This document shows, one piece after another, positions 1 through 10,897 of a DNA stretch of 64,000 nt. Source of the DNA: Bdellovibrionia bacterium (GTDB lineage: Bacteria; Bdellovibrionota; Bdellovibrionia; Bdellovibrionales; UBA1609); the NCBI GenBank assembly GCA_030432925.1, contig JAUILT010000002.1, forward strand, positions 956 to 64,955, in the 5' to 3' direction. Both the position numbers and the translations under genes were made by a program. The stretch's first letter is position 1. Every line of letters begins with the position of its first letter. A model generated the notes under the pieces. That model was given only the letters and a program-made list of their open reading frames with translations, had not been told where the DNA came from and did not search any database.

Positions 1-22
1 AAAATGAACCGATAGGGTGGTC

Positions 23-982
23 ATGGAAGTGCTAGGTAAGTTATTGAAAACAAAAAATAAACTTGTTTTGTTTTTTTTATTTTTGAATCTTTTAGCTTGC
101 TCCGATAAAAAGGGTTCTTTTCTTCAAGTTCCAGAGGGAGTCGCTGCGGAGTCAGAGCAGTATATCGTCGTTGCAAGTGGTGATACCAACACGAGGAGTG
201 TTGTTTCATACGATCTTACTGGTCAGTTAGTTGCAGTTATCAAAAATTTTCTTTTGGATGTGGGTACTGTAAGAGGTCTTTCCATATTGGGTCCATCAGA
301 GATTCTCGTCGCTTTGGACAACACTGATCGGCTTCATTACCTGAACTGGAATCCTGATGATGGAGTTGTTGAAGATGAATTTTTTACTGGACTGGGAGGA
401 AATGTTTATGATGTTGAATCTGACTCTAGTGGTAATAGCTATGTGATCTATTCCAACCAAATTAGAATGTATGACTCCAATGGCGTGCAGAATGGGAACC
501 CCTACATAAACACGACACTAGGGTCTTGTGTATTAAGTAATCCCAGAGGGCTTCACTATGTTTCTGATGGTCGGTTGATTGTCACAAATCAGGGGGGAAG
601 TGATAATATTAATGTCTACGATATATCAGACCCTCTCAATGCGACATGCTTGAGTTCAGAAGCCGTGGGAAATAATCCCTATGGAGTGGTACTTCATTCA
701 AATGGAACTTTATATTTTGTCACACAGGGGGATGATCAAGTCTATAGTGCCAATGTAGATGGAAGTAGTACAACAGTAATTTTTTCAACGAACCTTGCTG
801 TTTTGAACAACCCTACGGCCATTTTGGAGTTACCGAATGGAAACCTTGCTGTGGCATCTTCTGGTACAGACCGTGTTTGGGAGATGGACGTTAATGGCAC
901 TATTATAGGCTCGCAACCATTAATTATAGATCCGACGAGCCTTAACATAACTGATATGGAAATAATGGATGTTTCGAACTAG
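23..982 (+). CDS. secreted lipoprotein, beta-propeller-like repeat protein (hypothetical)
   Basis: ORF 17..982 (GTG at 17, ATG at 23). N-terminal signal with lipobox-like LLAC|S. Recurring N-P-x-G motifs (NPRGLHYV, NNPYGVVL, NNPTAILEL) at roughly 45-aa spacing resemble NHL/YVTN propeller blades. By eye only. Confidence 0.5.
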   Translation: MEVLGKLLKTKNKLVLFFLFLNLLACSDKKGSFLQVPEGVAAESEQYIVVASGDTNTRSVVSYDLTGQLVAVIKNFLLDVGTVRGLSILGPSEILVALDNTDRLHYLNWNPDDGVVEDEFFTGLGGNVYDVESDSSGNSYVIYSNQIRMYDSNGVQNGNPYINTTLGSCVLSNPRGLHYVSDGRLIVTNQGGSDNINVYDISDPLNATCLSSEAVGNNPYGVVLHSNGTLYFVTQGDDQVYSANVDGSSTTVIFSTNLAVLNNPTAILELPNGNLAVASSGTDRVWEMDVNGTIIGSQPLIIDPTSLNITDMEIMDVSN

Positions 983-1607
983 GTTGCTGGTCATTTTATT
1001 TTTACTGACTTTTTGTCGGGTGTCCTGGGCATTTGGAGAGATTAGTTTTGGTGCCCAACTGGGACAGGCTGGTTTGGGAATCACTAATGATGATGGAACA
1101 GTGGCTTACTACGATGGACTTGCCTTTCAGGGGAACACAGGAGTCAATTTTTTCAGAACCAAAAAATCCTCATTGGGCTTGAACTTTAACCTCAATTACC
1201 TGGATATTGAAAATCGAGCGAACAGCAGCATACAGAGAGAGTCAGGAAGGCACTTAGGGTTGGGGGTTGATTTAAGTGTGCGTTTTTATCGTTTTTCTGC
1301 TGGGTATGACTACTTTTATGAAGATGCCAAGCACTACTGGGTAGGTAATTTGAACAATGATTACAATAACTTTAAGTATATAAAAACCGGATGGCATGCA
1401 GGGTTGGACTTTAATGTTTCTAAATCCACCCGCTTGGGATTGATTTACTCAAATCACACAGCGACACTCCCAAAGTCAGAAATGAGATCTACAAGTGATC
1501 TCAAACTGGAGGAGTCCACTTTTTATATTCGAGTTTCTGTTTCAACAGACGAGACTATCGCTGATTTTTTCTCATATATATTTGGTGCAAAAAACACTGG
1601 ACGTTAG
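969..1607 (+). CDS. hypothetical secreted protein, possible outer-membrane beta-barrel
   Basis: Signal peptide MFRTRLLVILFLLTFCRVSWA, followed by Gly/Asn/Tyr-rich segments of alternating polarity. Overlaps the upstream stop by 14 nt. Confidence 0.4.
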   Translation: MFRTRLLVILFLLTFCRVSWAFGEISFGAQLGQAGLGITNDDGTVAYYDGLAFQGNTGVNFFRTKKSSLGLNFNLNYLDIENRANSSIQRESGRHLGLGVDLSVRFYRFSAGYDYFYEDAKHYWVGNLNNDYNNFKYIKTGWHAGLDFNVSKSTRLGLIYSNHTATLPKSEMRSTSDLKLEESTFYIRVSVSTDETIADFFSYIFGAKNTGR

Positions 1608-1714
1608 TCAGATCTTATTAGGATCATTCTGTTTGAATGAATCTCCACGCCATAAGTCCAAAACTAGTGTGGCCCATGAAATGGAATCTTTCAATATCAT
1701 TTATAATAAGATCT

Positions 1715-2863
1715 ATGGAGATGAAAAGTTGTCGTCACTTTAATGGTTACAGACCCTGTGGTTTTAGCTCCACCTGTGATGCTCACTGCCCACACTTTCA
1801 AGCTGTAAAAAAAAGAGCTCTTGTTCTGGGGCTTGGGGCCATGGGAGCTGTTTTACGAGCAACATCTATTCTTCCAGCATTGGTTCGAAAGTATCCTGGA
1901 GTTCAAGTGACGTGGATAACAGAAAAATCCACGACTTTTCTACTTAATAATAACCCTTTGATTGATCAGGTTTTAAGTTGCTCCTTTGATGATGTTTTGA
2001 AAGTTGAGGGGCAAGAGTTTGATCTGGTCTTTGTCATGGACAAAGACCAACGAGTGGGAGGACTTTTACATCGTATTTCATGGAGAGAACTTTACGGATT
2101 TAAGGTGAATTCACGGTATGGAGTGATTGAACCTGCAAGTGTGGAATCTAGAGAACTTTATGAAATAGGCCTTAATAATTATAAAAAATTTTTTGAAAAT
2201 AAAAAATCAGAAATTCAGCTACTGACAGAGGCTTTTGGTCTGACCTGGAAAAAAGATCCCTATGTGTTGGAGCTAAATTGCAAAGAGATTTTAGAATCAC
2301 AAAGGCTTCGCCGTAAATGGTTGGGCGAAGGCAAGGCTTTAGTGGGTCTTAATACAGGCTGTAGTTCTACAATTCCATTTAAAAAACTTTCGATCAAAGG
2401 TCATCGTCAATTAATTAGAAAAATGCGTCAGCAGCTCCCTCCTGGTGTGGAAATTGTTCTCTTGGGTGGCCCTGAAGATACAATTCGCAACCGGCAAATT
2501 GGACTGGGGCTTAATGTTTGGGAGAGTTCGACAGAGGGTGGACTTCGTGAGGGGCTGATAAGTGTCAATGCCTGTGATATTGTCTTCAGTGGAGACAGTC
2601 TGGGAATGCATATGGCCATTGCTTTAAGAAAGTGGGTTGTGGCCTGGTTTGGGCCTACCTGTGCTCAGGAAATAGAGCTTTACGGACGTGGTGAAAAGAT
2701 TATCACTGAGGCCGGGTGTCACCCTTGTTGGAAGAGGGTTTGTGAAAAAACACCTATGTGCTATGATCAAGTAGATCTCAACAAAGCAGTGGAAGCCATT
2801 GAAAGAGGGTTGAATTGCATATTGTCGTCATCCAGACAGCCTTTCTTGGAGACCTTTTCCTGA
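1715..2863 (+). CDS. glycosyltransferase family 9 (heptosyltransferase-like)
   Basis: GT9-like layout with motifs FSGDSLGMHMAIAL and WFGPT, plus Cys-rich N- and C-terminal motifs (CRHFNGYRPCGF.., CHPCWKRVCEKTPMC). The ORF opens at 1637, but ATG at 1715 or 1721 is the more plausible start. Confidence 0.7.
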   Translation: MEMKSCRHFNGYRPCGFSSTCDAHCPHFQAVKKRALVLGLGAMGAVLRATSILPALVRKYPGVQVTWITEKSTTFLLNNNPLIDQVLSCSFDDVLKVEGQEFDLVFVMDKDQRVGGLLHRISWRELYGFKVNSRYGVIEPASVESRELYEIGLNNYKKFFENKKSEIQLLTEAFGLTWKKDPYVLELNCKEILESQRLRRKWLGEGKALVGLNTGCSSTIPFKKLSIKGHRQLIRKMRQQLPPGVEIVLLGGPEDTIRNRQIGLGLNVWESSTEGGLREGLISVNACDIVFSGDSLGMHMAIALRKWVVAWFGPTCAQEIELYGRGEKIITEAGCHPCWKRVCEKTPMCYDQVDLNKAVEAIERGLNCILSSSRQPFLETFS

Positions 2864-3867
2864 GTATTCCTTTACTCAGGAACCTGAAGATTCATTATCC
2901 GGGTTGTAAAATAACATTGATTGCCAGGCAGGGCTTGGGGTCGGTTTTTCAGCTCGCTGGTCTGGTAGATCAGATTTTTGACATTCAAAAAAGTAATTCC
3001 TCTAGTTATAGATCAGCTATAGAGGTTCTCAGAGGGCAGAGCACGGACCTTTTGATTTGCCCCCACAAAAGTATCCGCTCTGGGTTGATGGCCTGGAAGA
3101 TCAAAGCCTCAGGTGATAAGGTCGGTTTTTCCCAGTGGTGGAACTTTCTGGTTTTTTCTAAAGCTACAGCTTACCCCTCTCACTTGCCAGATGCTCTTCG
3201 GCAGATGTCTTTGTTAGCTTTGGTAAATGAGGACTTTAGGTTGAAATTTGAATCTTTAGCTTATCGTGAAGATATGAAAAATAGTCTTGAAAAGGGTGAG
3301 TCTGTGGACTTTCGAGCCGTTGAAATTCCCGAATGGGCTCAGATGAGGCTGGAAACCTTTGTGTCAAAAAAACCTCGTGAGAAAAATATTATTGTAGCGC
3401 CCGGGAGTGTCTGGAAGACAAAAAGGTGGACAGAGTCTGGTTTTACAGAAGTTATCAGGAGGTTTTTAAGCGAAAACTACAATGTAATTCTTATGGGTTC
3501 ACAAGTTGAACATGCCTTGTGTGAGTCCATTCGAAAAAAAGTTCCACAGGCTTTGAATCTGAGTGGGCAAACTTGCTTGGAAGACAGTTTAAAATTGTTG
3601 GCAAAGAGTCAGTTGCTGATTAGTAACGACAGTGGAGCCATGCATTTAGCCTCTTCGGTTGATACACCTGTTGTTTCTGTCTTTGGTCCCACCACTCTTG
3701 ATATTGGATATAGACCTTGGAATCCAAAGTCTATTGTCATTCAAAAGGACTTGAGTTGTCGTCCCTGTGGCAAGCATGGTCACAAGGAATGTCCTTTGGG
3801 GACGCATGAGTGTATGAAGAGTATTGAGCCAGAACAAGTTGTAGAGGCAGCTCAGCAGCTTTTGTAG
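2815..3867 (+). CDS. glycosyltransferase family 9 (heptosyltransferase II-like)
   Basis: Typical GT9 N-terminus MHIVVIQTAFLGDLFLSIPLL, ISNDSGAMHLASSVDTPVVSVFGPT, and C-terminal CRPCGKHGHKECPLGTHECM. Overlaps the upstream GT9 gene by 49 nt. Confidence 0.75.
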   Translation: MHIVVIQTAFLGDLFLSIPLLRNLKIHYPGCKITLIARQGLGSVFQLAGLVDQIFDIQKSNSSSYRSAIEVLRGQSTDLLICPHKSIRSGLMAWKIKASGDKVGFSQWWNFLVFSKATAYPSHLPDALRQMSLLALVNEDFRLKFESLAYREDMKNSLEKGESVDFRAVEIPEWAQMRLETFVSKKPREKNIIVAPGSVWKTKRWTESGFTEVIRRFLSENYNVILMGSQVEHALCESIRKKVPQALNLSGQTCLEDSLKLLAKSQLLISNDSGAMHLASSVDTPVVSVFGPTTLDIGYRPWNPKSIVIQKDLSCRPCGKHGHKECPLGTHECMKSIEPEQVVEAAQQLL

Positions 3868-3869
3868 AT

Positions 3870-5279
3870 CTATTCTTCAGTGTATTCCTTTACATTGATT
3901 TCATACTTTTTAATCTTTCGAAGCAGAGTGTTCTTGGGGATATTGGCAAAAGCCACTGTCTTGTTAATTCGGCCTTTATTGGCTTTAAGGGCTTTGATAA
4001 TAAACTCTTTTTCAGTTTCTTCTTTGAAGCGATCAAAATCCAACGGTCCAGAATAATGAGTGGGGAAGTCAATTTCTACATTTGATCCATCGGCCATCTT
4101 GATGCTGTCAGGAATACTTGGAAGACTGATCATCTCGGTTTTTTCTAGAATAAAACTACGTTCAATAACATTTTCTAACTCACGGATATTTCCAGGCCAA
4201 TGGTATTTTTTTAATTGATCGAGAGCATCCTGACTCATGCCTTTGAGGTTTCGAGAGTGAGTCTGATTAAACCGTTTAATAAAAAAATTCACCAGACCGT
4301 CCATATCATCAATGCGCTCTCTTAATGGTGGCATGAAGATTGGCATGACATTGAGTCGATAAAAGAGGTCCTCTCTAAAGGCTCCATCTTCGATCATTTT
4401 TTCTAAGTTTCTATTGGTAGCGGCAATAATGCGGGCATTGGTTTTTACTTCACGATTACTGCCCACAGGAACAAATTTTCTCTCCTGAAGGACTCGTAGA
4501 AGTTTAACTTGCATATCAGGCTTTAACTCTCCAATTTCATCCAAAAAGATTGTGCCTTTTGTTGCCATTTGGAATTTGCCAATTTTTCTTTCGTGGGCCC
4601 CTGTGAAAGCGCCTTTTTCATGTCCAAAGAGCTCGCTTTCCATGAGGTTCTCGGGAATGGCTCCACAGTTGATAGCAACAAACTCTCCATGCTTTCTGGG
4701 AGAGTTCAAGTGAATGGCGTTGGCGACCAATTCTTTTCCAGTACCGTTTTCACCACGGACAAGGACTGTAGTTTCTACTTGGGACAAACGATGAATTAAG
4801 TCATAAACTTCGTGCATTTTTGTAGAAGATCCAACAAACTCGGTTTCGGTATCTTCATCCATAATAGGACTTGAAAGAGCCAGATTATTAACGACATCCC
4901 TTGTGGACATGGCCTTTTTAATCATTTCAATGAGTTTCTCTGGCTGAACAGGTTTTTCCACATAGTCATAGGCTCCAACTTTGATGGCTTGAACAGCGTC
5001 CTCAAGGTTTGCGTGTGCAGTCATAATCAGCACAAAGACCTTTGGATCCACTTGTTTGATTTTTTCTAAAGCCTCAAGTCCATCCATTTCAGGCATTCTG
5101 ACATCCATTAATATCAGGTCGTAGCTGTGTGAGCTGGCTTTGATCAAGGCGTCTCTGCCATTGTCAGTTTCCTCAATGACAAATTCAAACTCAGGCACTG
5201 AAGATTGAAGTACGTGAGCCACAGTTTTTCGAAGTTCAGCCTCATCATCAACAATTAGGACTTTCAAAAGTGTTTTCAT
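3870..5279 (-). CDS. sigma54-dependent response regulator (NtrC family)
   Basis: REC domain (VDDE...LILMDVRMPEMDG), AAA+ sigma54-interaction motifs GENGTGKE and ESELFGHEKGAFTGA, and a C-terminal Fis-type HTH. 4-nt overlap with the upstream kinase. Confidence 0.9.
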   Translation of the reverse strand: MKTLLKVLIVDDEAELRKTVAHVLQSSVPEFEFVIEETDNGRDALIKASSHSYDLILMDVRMPEMDGLEALEKIKQVDPKVFVLIMTAHANLEDAVQAIKVGAYDYVEKPVQPEKLIEMIKKAMSTRDVVNNLALSSPIMDEDTETEFVGSSTKMHEVYDLIHRLSQVETTVLVRGENGTGKELVANAIHLNSPRKHGEFVAINCGAIPENLMESELFGHEKGAFTGAHERKIGKFQMATKGTIFLDEIGELKPDMQVKLLRVLQERKFVPVGSNREVKTNARIIAATNRNLEKMIEDGAFREDLFYRLNVMPIFMPPLRERIDDMDGLVNFFIKRFNQTHSRNLKGMSQDALDQLKKYHWPGNIRELENVIERSFILEKTEMISLPSIPDSIKMADGSNVEIDFPTHYSGPLDFDRFKEETEKEFIIKALKANKGRINKTVAFANIPKNTLLRKIKKYEINVKEYTEE

Positions 5280-7159
5280 ATTGTGGCTCCTATAGACTGG
5301 AGGGGGAGTGGTGCTCCACCCTCCTCATGAATGGGAAGTCGAAAACCGATTTTAGTTCCCTCTCCCGGCTGGCTTTCCAAAAAGACTCGGCCACCGTGAA
5401 GTTCAATAAAGTACTTCACAAGGTATAGGCCAATTCCTGAGCCTTTGGTATTCATTTTTTGGTTTTCTCCGCGATAGAATTTTTGAAAGATTTTCTCCTG
5501 GTCTTCTTTCTTAATGCCACTCCCATTGTCTTTGACAGAAAAGATCATCTGATCGTCAATTTCCTGCGATCGAACCTCTACCAGCCCTCCTTGGGGAGTG
5601 TATTTGATAGCGTTGTCAATGAGGTTTAATATTACTTCCTGTATAAGAATAGCGTCAAATTCTAGAGAGAACATGGGTTCCAGGTTTTCTTTCAGTTGAA
5701 TCTCTTTTTGGGCAGCGAGTGGTCGAACCTGTTGAATCACTGTTTCGATAATTTCATTGATATCTGATGCTTCTTTATTTAATCGAAAATCTTGGGATTC
5801 AATGCGGCTGACTCTGAGAATAGACTGAATGTAGCGGTGGAGTTCAGAGCTCTCTCTGCGTAATGATTCCAGCCCATCAATGGTTTCTTTGCTTTGGCTT
5901 TGAGTCATGAGTCGGTCGCAAATGGCCTGGATTTTTGCAATAGGAGTTTTGAGATCATGGCTAATAAGGCTGACAAAGTTGTGTTTCAGTTGCTCCACTT
6001 CGAAGAGGTATTTTTTTTCTTGTTGCAGTCTCCAGTTGATATTTTCTTTCAAGGTTAGCTGATACCCAAGGAATATAATATAAGCGACTCCCATCATGGC
6101 CAGAGGGGGAAAGATAGGAACCCAGATATACCAGGAGTCAAAAACCCAAAGAGAGAACGCCGTCCACCCGGTGCCCAGCCAGAATAAAAAAACTAGAGCC
6201 GCTGACTGGGGATAGGACAACAACAACCATAGCACTATAAGTAGGTTTATAATAAGATACAGTAGCATCCATAAAAATGCTGGTTGCACGATCCATTTTT
6301 CATTGAGGTAATTGTCGGCGGAATTTGCGATCACTTGAGACAGAGGCATATTCCCAAAAGGTGTACTTAACCATTGGGTCGAGGAGTCCGAGGAGCCAAT
6401 AATAACAATTTTGTTTTTGAGAAGGTTTTGAGAGTCAGGATGGTTCAGGTCCTGAGGTTTTATAATGGGGTAACTAAAGCGTTGTCCAAGAAAATTAATT
6501 ACTTGAGCTTCTCCGGGAAGTAAAAACTTCTGAGAGGGATCATTGACAGTAGCAATCTGAATCAACCGGTGAATAAAATGAGGAATTTCAGAAATAGGTT
6601 GAGAGAAACGTCGAACCACACCATCTTCGTCTTTTGGGAAGTTTAGAACCCCAACATTATAGCCATAATTGCTGGCAGTCACTGGCAGAATGGGTCGATT
6701 ATCAGCGTCCATCTTGGCAGCCCAAACAATTCTTTGATCGGAAAGAGCTTCAGGCAGATTCACCATATTTTCATCTGGAGGAAAGAAAAAGCTAACTCCC
6801 ACGGCTTTGGGATTTTGCTTGAGGACTCTTTGCAGGAGAGACTCTAGGGCCACGGGGTTCCAGAAAAAACGATCGTTGATGCTGGAGTACTCCTTGAGGG
6901 CCTTCAGTAGGTTTCTATCATTTCCGCTCTCAGGCATCCAGTCCTTGCTGGAAAGGTTGAGAATGACAATTTGTGAATCTACTGGCTGAGACCCGCGAAT
7001 ATGAAAGCGCTGATCAAAGCGGCTGCGCTGATCCAGCAAGAGGGCTCCAATTCCAAGAGCCAGGCAGAGCAGGGCTCTTAGCCAAATAGCTTTGGTTTGC
7101 CAAAGCCATCGGTTGGTTTTTAAGAGTATCAGGCGAATCACCCGGTTCCATGGCGTCAT
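5276..7159 (-). CDS. CHASE2-domain sensor histidine kinase
   Basis: N-terminal TM segment, a large periplasmic region followed by three TM segments (CHASE2-like layout), H-box SHDLKTPI, and an HATPase N/G-box region (DNAIKYT, DNGSGI, GSGIGL). The track start at 7177 is TTG; ATG at 7159. Confidence 0.8.
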   Translation of the reverse strand: MTPWNRVIRLILLKTNRWLWQTKAIWLRALLCLALGIGALLLDQRSRFDQRFHIRGSQPVDSQIVILNLSSKDWMPESGNDRNLLKALKEYSSINDRFFWNPVALESLLQRVLKQNPKAVGVSFFFPPDENMVNLPEALSDQRIVWAAKMDADNRPILPVTASNYGYNVGVLNFPKDEDGVVRRFSQPISEIPHFIHRLIQIATVNDPSQKFLLPGEAQVINFLGQRFSYPIIKPQDLNHPDSQNLLKNKIVIIGSSDSSTQWLSTPFGNMPLSQVIANSADNYLNEKWIVQPAFLWMLLYLIINLLIVLWLLLSYPQSAALVFLFWLGTGWTAFSLWVFDSWYIWVPIFPPLAMMGVAYIIFLGYQLTLKENINWRLQQEKKYLFEVEQLKHNFVSLISHDLKTPIAKIQAICDRLMTQSQSKETIDGLESLRRESSELHRYIQSILRVSRIESQDFRLNKEASDINEIIETVIQQVRPLAAQKEIQLKENLEPMFSLEFDAILIQEVILNLIDNAIKYTPQGGLVEVRSQEIDDQMIFSVKDNGSGIKKEDQEKIFQKFYRGENQKMNTKGSGIGLYLVKYFIELHGGRVFLESQPGEGTKIGFRLPIHEEGGAPLPLQSIGATI

Positions 7160-7232
7160 AATAACGCTTCGTACCAAAAAAGCTTAAAAATAGCAATGGG
7201 TGGAAGTGTAAAAACTTGGTATTTTCAAGGAG

Positions 7233-8171
7233 ATGAATACATTTTCTGGCATTGAACAGTTATCGACCCCTCTCACTCCCAGCGTGGTGACTATTGGTAA
7301 TTTTGATGGCCTTCATTTGGGACATCAGGAGCTGATTCGTCGCTTGAAATCCTATGCTAAAAAATATAAGGCTTCTAGCGTAGTTCTCACCTTTGACCCT
7401 CATCCTTTGGAGGTATTGGCTCCAGAGCTGGGGCATATGAGGATTTTTACTAAGCAGGATTTGCAAGAGCAATTGCAAGAGTGGGGTGTGGATGTTCTTA
7501 ATATTCAAGCTTTTTCTAGTGATTTTGCAAAGACTTCTGCAGAAGAGTTTTTAGAGAATTACCTCTGGAAGCCATTTCAGCCTCACGCTCTTGTTGTGGG
7601 CCATGATTTTGCTTTTGGAAGCGATCGCACAGGGACTCTAGTTTTTTTAAAAGCATGGTGTAAAAAAAGGGAGATTGAACTGGAGATCGTTGAGCCCATA
7701 GAAATGGACAAAGTCGTATCCAGTTCTCGAATTCGACAGTGTATTCGACTGGGTGAAATGAAGGATGTGGCAGCCATGTTGGGCCGTGCTTACTACGTCA
7801 GTGGAACAGTGGTGAGAGGTGAGGGACGTGGGAGAACGATAGGAGTTCCAACAATCAATCTTCGTCTCTTGTCAGATATCCAGCCGGCTCCTGGAGTTTA
7901 TGTGACAGCTGTACATGTAGACGGAAAATGGCTTCCATCAGTATCTAATATAGGGTGCAAACCCACTTTTCAGAAAAGTAAGGAACATAAAGTTTTCACT
8001 GTAGAGACACATATTCTAAATTTTTCTTCGAATCTTTATGGAGAGACATTGAGAATTCGGTTTCACCAGCGTCTAAGAGATGAAAAGCGATTTTCTGGGC
8101 CAGAGGAGCTGGTAGCCCAAATTAAAAAAGATATTTCTGCTGCCAAAGCCTGGTTTGAAGAGGTGAACTGA
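7233..8171 (+). CDS. ribF: bifunctional riboflavin kinase / FMN adenylyltransferase
   Basis: N-terminal VVTIGNFDGLHLGHQ nucleotidyltransferase motif and C-terminal riboflavin kinase region (GRTIGVPTINL...). Size is typical at 312 aa. Confidence 0.9.
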   Translation: MNTFSGIEQLSTPLTPSVVTIGNFDGLHLGHQELIRRLKSYAKKYKASSVVLTFDPHPLEVLAPELGHMRIFTKQDLQEQLQEWGVDVLNIQAFSSDFAKTSAEEFLENYLWKPFQPHALVVGHDFAFGSDRTGTLVFLKAWCKKREIELEIVEPIEMDKVVSSSRIRQCIRLGEMKDVAAMLGRAYYVSGTVVRGEGRGRTIGVPTINLRLLSDIQPAPGVYVTAVHVDGKWLPSVSNIGCKPTFQKSKEHKVFTVETHILNFSSNLYGETLRIRFHQRLRDEKRFSGPEELVAQIKKDISAAKAWFEEVN

Positions 8172-9013
8172 TGAAGTGGTGTGTGGCAGGTTATGACTTT
8201 GAAGAGAGTCGCTATTTATTTTTAAGTGATTGGATGAAAAAACAGGGGGTGGAAAACACGCTTGAGATTTTAGAAATGTCACCTACTGAATTTACTGATA
8301 ACTTTCATTCGCTGAAAGAAAAATTTGATCAAATTCGCATTGAAAAACCATTTAGAAATGAAGCCTTTCTTGAGACAAAAAAAAATGAAGCTGGGATGAT
8401 CTTGTTGAAGACAGCAGATTGCTTTTTTAGAGATAATCAAGGGGGCTGGTGGTTGAGGTCACCTCTTTATGAAGGGGCTTCCAATATACTGAGTCGGCAG
8501 AAGTCTAACTTGAGAGTGGATCATTCGGCTCTTATTGTGGGCGTTGGTGGAGCCTCAAGGGCTATTATTGCAGCACTAGTGAAAGTGGGGTATCAGACAT
8601 TCAATATTACGAACGCATTTGATGACCAGGCGACCGAGTTGATTGCTGAATTAAGAAGGATGTACTTTAGTGTTCGATTTAAATTTGTTTCTCAAAGTCA
8701 GTTGGTTTTATTGCCGGGAACCAATAGTATTGTTGTCAACTCAACGCCATTGATTGACAACAATGATATTCTCGATGAATTGCATTATTTTAACTTTTTG
8801 ATTCCCAAAGGTTTGGTTTGGGATTTAACCATTACCCCAATTGATACACCTTTGACCAAGGAAGCTACAGAGATTGGTGCTCAGATTTACAGAGGGTATG
8901 AATTTGCTGCTGCGACAGATGTGGTTTGGTTGGGGTGGGTCTGCCCCGAGAGGGCTTTCAATGAAAAAAAACTTAGCCAGGATATGAAAGAGTATTTGCA
9001 AATAAGTCGTTGA
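8171..9013 (+). CDS. shikimate dehydrogenase-like (AroE-family) protein, divergent
   Basis: Rossmann motif GVGGASRAIIAAL at the position expected for AroE. The N-terminal substrate-binding motifs are not recognisable. ATGA overlap with ribF. Confidence 0.45.
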   Translation: MKWCVAGYDFEESRYLFLSDWMKKQGVENTLEILEMSPTEFTDNFHSLKEKFDQIRIEKPFRNEAFLETKKNEAGMILLKTADCFFRDNQGGWWLRSPLYEGASNILSRQKSNLRVDHSALIVGVGGASRAIIAALVKVGYQTFNITNAFDDQATELIAELRRMYFSVRFKFVSQSQLVLLPGTNSIVVNSTPLIDNNDILDELHYFNFLIPKGLVWDLTITPIDTPLTKEATEIGAQIYRGYEFAAATDVVWLGWVCPERAFNEKKLSQDMKEYLQISR

Positions 9014-9178
9014 TTGTTGCATTTGCAGAACTGGATATTTGACTAATTTTCAGACACTTACTTACAAACTACGACCATAGTCCAGTTACATAAATTGTCA
9101 CCCCGATGTACGCTAGGAGAGTGGACGACTGTTTAGGAACTCAGCTTATTCGTTTTTGAGGGGTTAAAAGAGAGAGCA

Positions 9179-10897
9179 ATGGGGTCAAGAAAAGGGTTGG
9201 GTGAGCTTCTTGTAAAAGAGAATCTCATTGAAATCAAACAGCTTGAAGAAGCAAGAAAAGAGCAAAAGAAGTCTGGAGGGCGTCTGAGTAGTGCTCTGAT
9301 CCGGCTTGGTTATGTTCGTGATGCTGAGCTAGCGGAGTTTCTTGGTCAACAATACAATGTTCAGACGATTGATCTTGGAAGTTTTGATATTGATCCTAAC
9401 GCCATTAAGATGGTGAGTCGGCAGATTTGTGAAAAACACTCAGTGATTCCTGTTTCTAAGGCAGGTAATTCCCTCGTGGTGGCATTTTCTGACCTTTCTA
9501 ATATGATTTATATTAAAGATGATTTGGCGATTCTGACTCGTCATAAAATTGAGGTGGTGGTCGCAGCAGAAACAGCCATTCAAAATGCCATTGAGAGATA
9601 CTATCCAGACGGTTCTTCTAAAATGGAATCGGTCATGTCAGATCTTGAAGATGCTGAAGAGTCTTTTGTTGTTAATAAAGCAACTATTGCTGAAATTGTG
9701 GATGAAGTTGGAGATGACGAAGGGCCTATCGTAAAATTTGTGAACATGATGTTAGCTGAAGCTATTAAGAGTAGGACTTCGGATATTCATGTAGAGCCTT
9801 ATGAAAAGAGGTTTCGTATTCGGTTTCGAATTGATGGGCGTTTAGTAGAAAAAGTGCAGCCCCCTCCGGGTGCAGCGAATGCTATTATCAGTCGCTTAAA
9901 GATTCTCAGTAAACTCGATATCAGTGAAAGAAGAAAGCCCCAAGATGGTCGTCTAAAAGTGCGCTTGAGAAGTGGTAAAGAGGTGGACTTTCGAGTGAAC
10001 TCTACTCCGGTGATTTTTGGAGAGAAAGTGGTTTTACGCCTTCTGGATAAATCCAATTTACAGGTAGATTTGACCAAGCTGGGGCTTGAAAGGTCACAAA
10101 TGGATGTCTTTTTAGAAGGAATCAATGCTCCACAGGGAATGGTATTAATTACTGGTCCTACGGGTTCAGGAAAAACCACAACAATTTATTCAGGTCTAGC
10201 GGAACTCAATAATCCTGATACCAACGTGTCTACAGCAGAAGACCCGGTGGAGTTCAACCTTGATGGAATTAATCAAGTGCAGGTCAATCCTCAAATTGGC
10301 TTTACCTTTGCAGATGCTCTTCGAGCCTTTCTTCGTCAGGATCCAGAGGTAATTATGGTGGGTGAGATTCGTGACCTGGAAACTGCGCAGGTGGCTTACA
10401 AGGCAGCTTCTACGGGCCATCTTGTTGTATCTACGTTACATACCAATGATGCTTCAGCAACTGTGGCTCGCCTTGTGGATATGGGAATTGAGCCTTATAT
10501 GGTGTCCGAAGCAACGTCACTTATTTTGGCTCAACGACTGATTCGTCGAGTATGTAATAAGTGTATTGCTGATCACTCTGTGCCGGACGAGGTATTGATA
10601 AATTTAGGAGTTGCTGAGGACAAACTGGGAAACTTCAAAATCCTTAAAAAAGGTGAGGGCTGTGAAAACTGTATGGGTACTGGAACTGCTGGTCGAGTGG
10701 CTATTTTTGAAGTAATGCCTTTTAATGCCCAGGTTCGTGAAGCTATTATTAATGGTGCTACAGCATTGGAGTTAAAGAGGCAGGCTGTACTTGAAGCAGG
10801 TATGATTACTCTCAGGCAATCAGCGCTATTAAAGCTCAGTCAGGGGCTGACCACCGTTGAAGAAGTTCTTAACGGTACACTCAAGGATGAATTATGA
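9179..10897 (+). CDS. pilB: type IV pilus assembly ATPase PilB
   Basis: GspE/PilB family: N-terminal MshEN-like domain, Walker A GPTGSGKTTT, and a tetracysteine motif CNKC...CENC. 572 aa. Confidence 0.92.
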   Translation: MGSRKGLGELLVKENLIEIKQLEEARKEQKKSGGRLSSALIRLGYVRDAELAEFLGQQYNVQTIDLGSFDIDPNAIKMVSRQICEKHSVIPVSKAGNSLVVAFSDLSNMIYIKDDLAILTRHKIEVVVAAETAIQNAIERYYPDGSSKMESVMSDLEDAEESFVVNKATIAEIVDEVGDDEGPIVKFVNMMLAEAIKSRTSDIHVEPYEKRFRIRFRIDGRLVEKVQPPPGAANAIISRLKILSKLDISERRKPQDGRLKVRLRSGKEVDFRVNSTPVIFGEKVVLRLLDKSNLQVDLTKLGLERSQMDVFLEGINAPQGMVLITGPTGSGKTTTIYSGLAELNNPDTNVSTAEDPVEFNLDGINQVQVNPQIGFTFADALRAFLRQDPEVIMVGEIRDLETAQVAYKAASTGHLVVSTLHTNDASATVARLVDMGIEPYMVSEATSLILAQRLIRRVCNKCIADHSVPDEVLINLGVAEDKLGNFKILKKGEGCENCMGTGTAGRVAIFEVMPFNAQVREAIINGATALELKRQAVLEAGMITLRQSALLKLSQGLTTVEEVLNGTLKDEL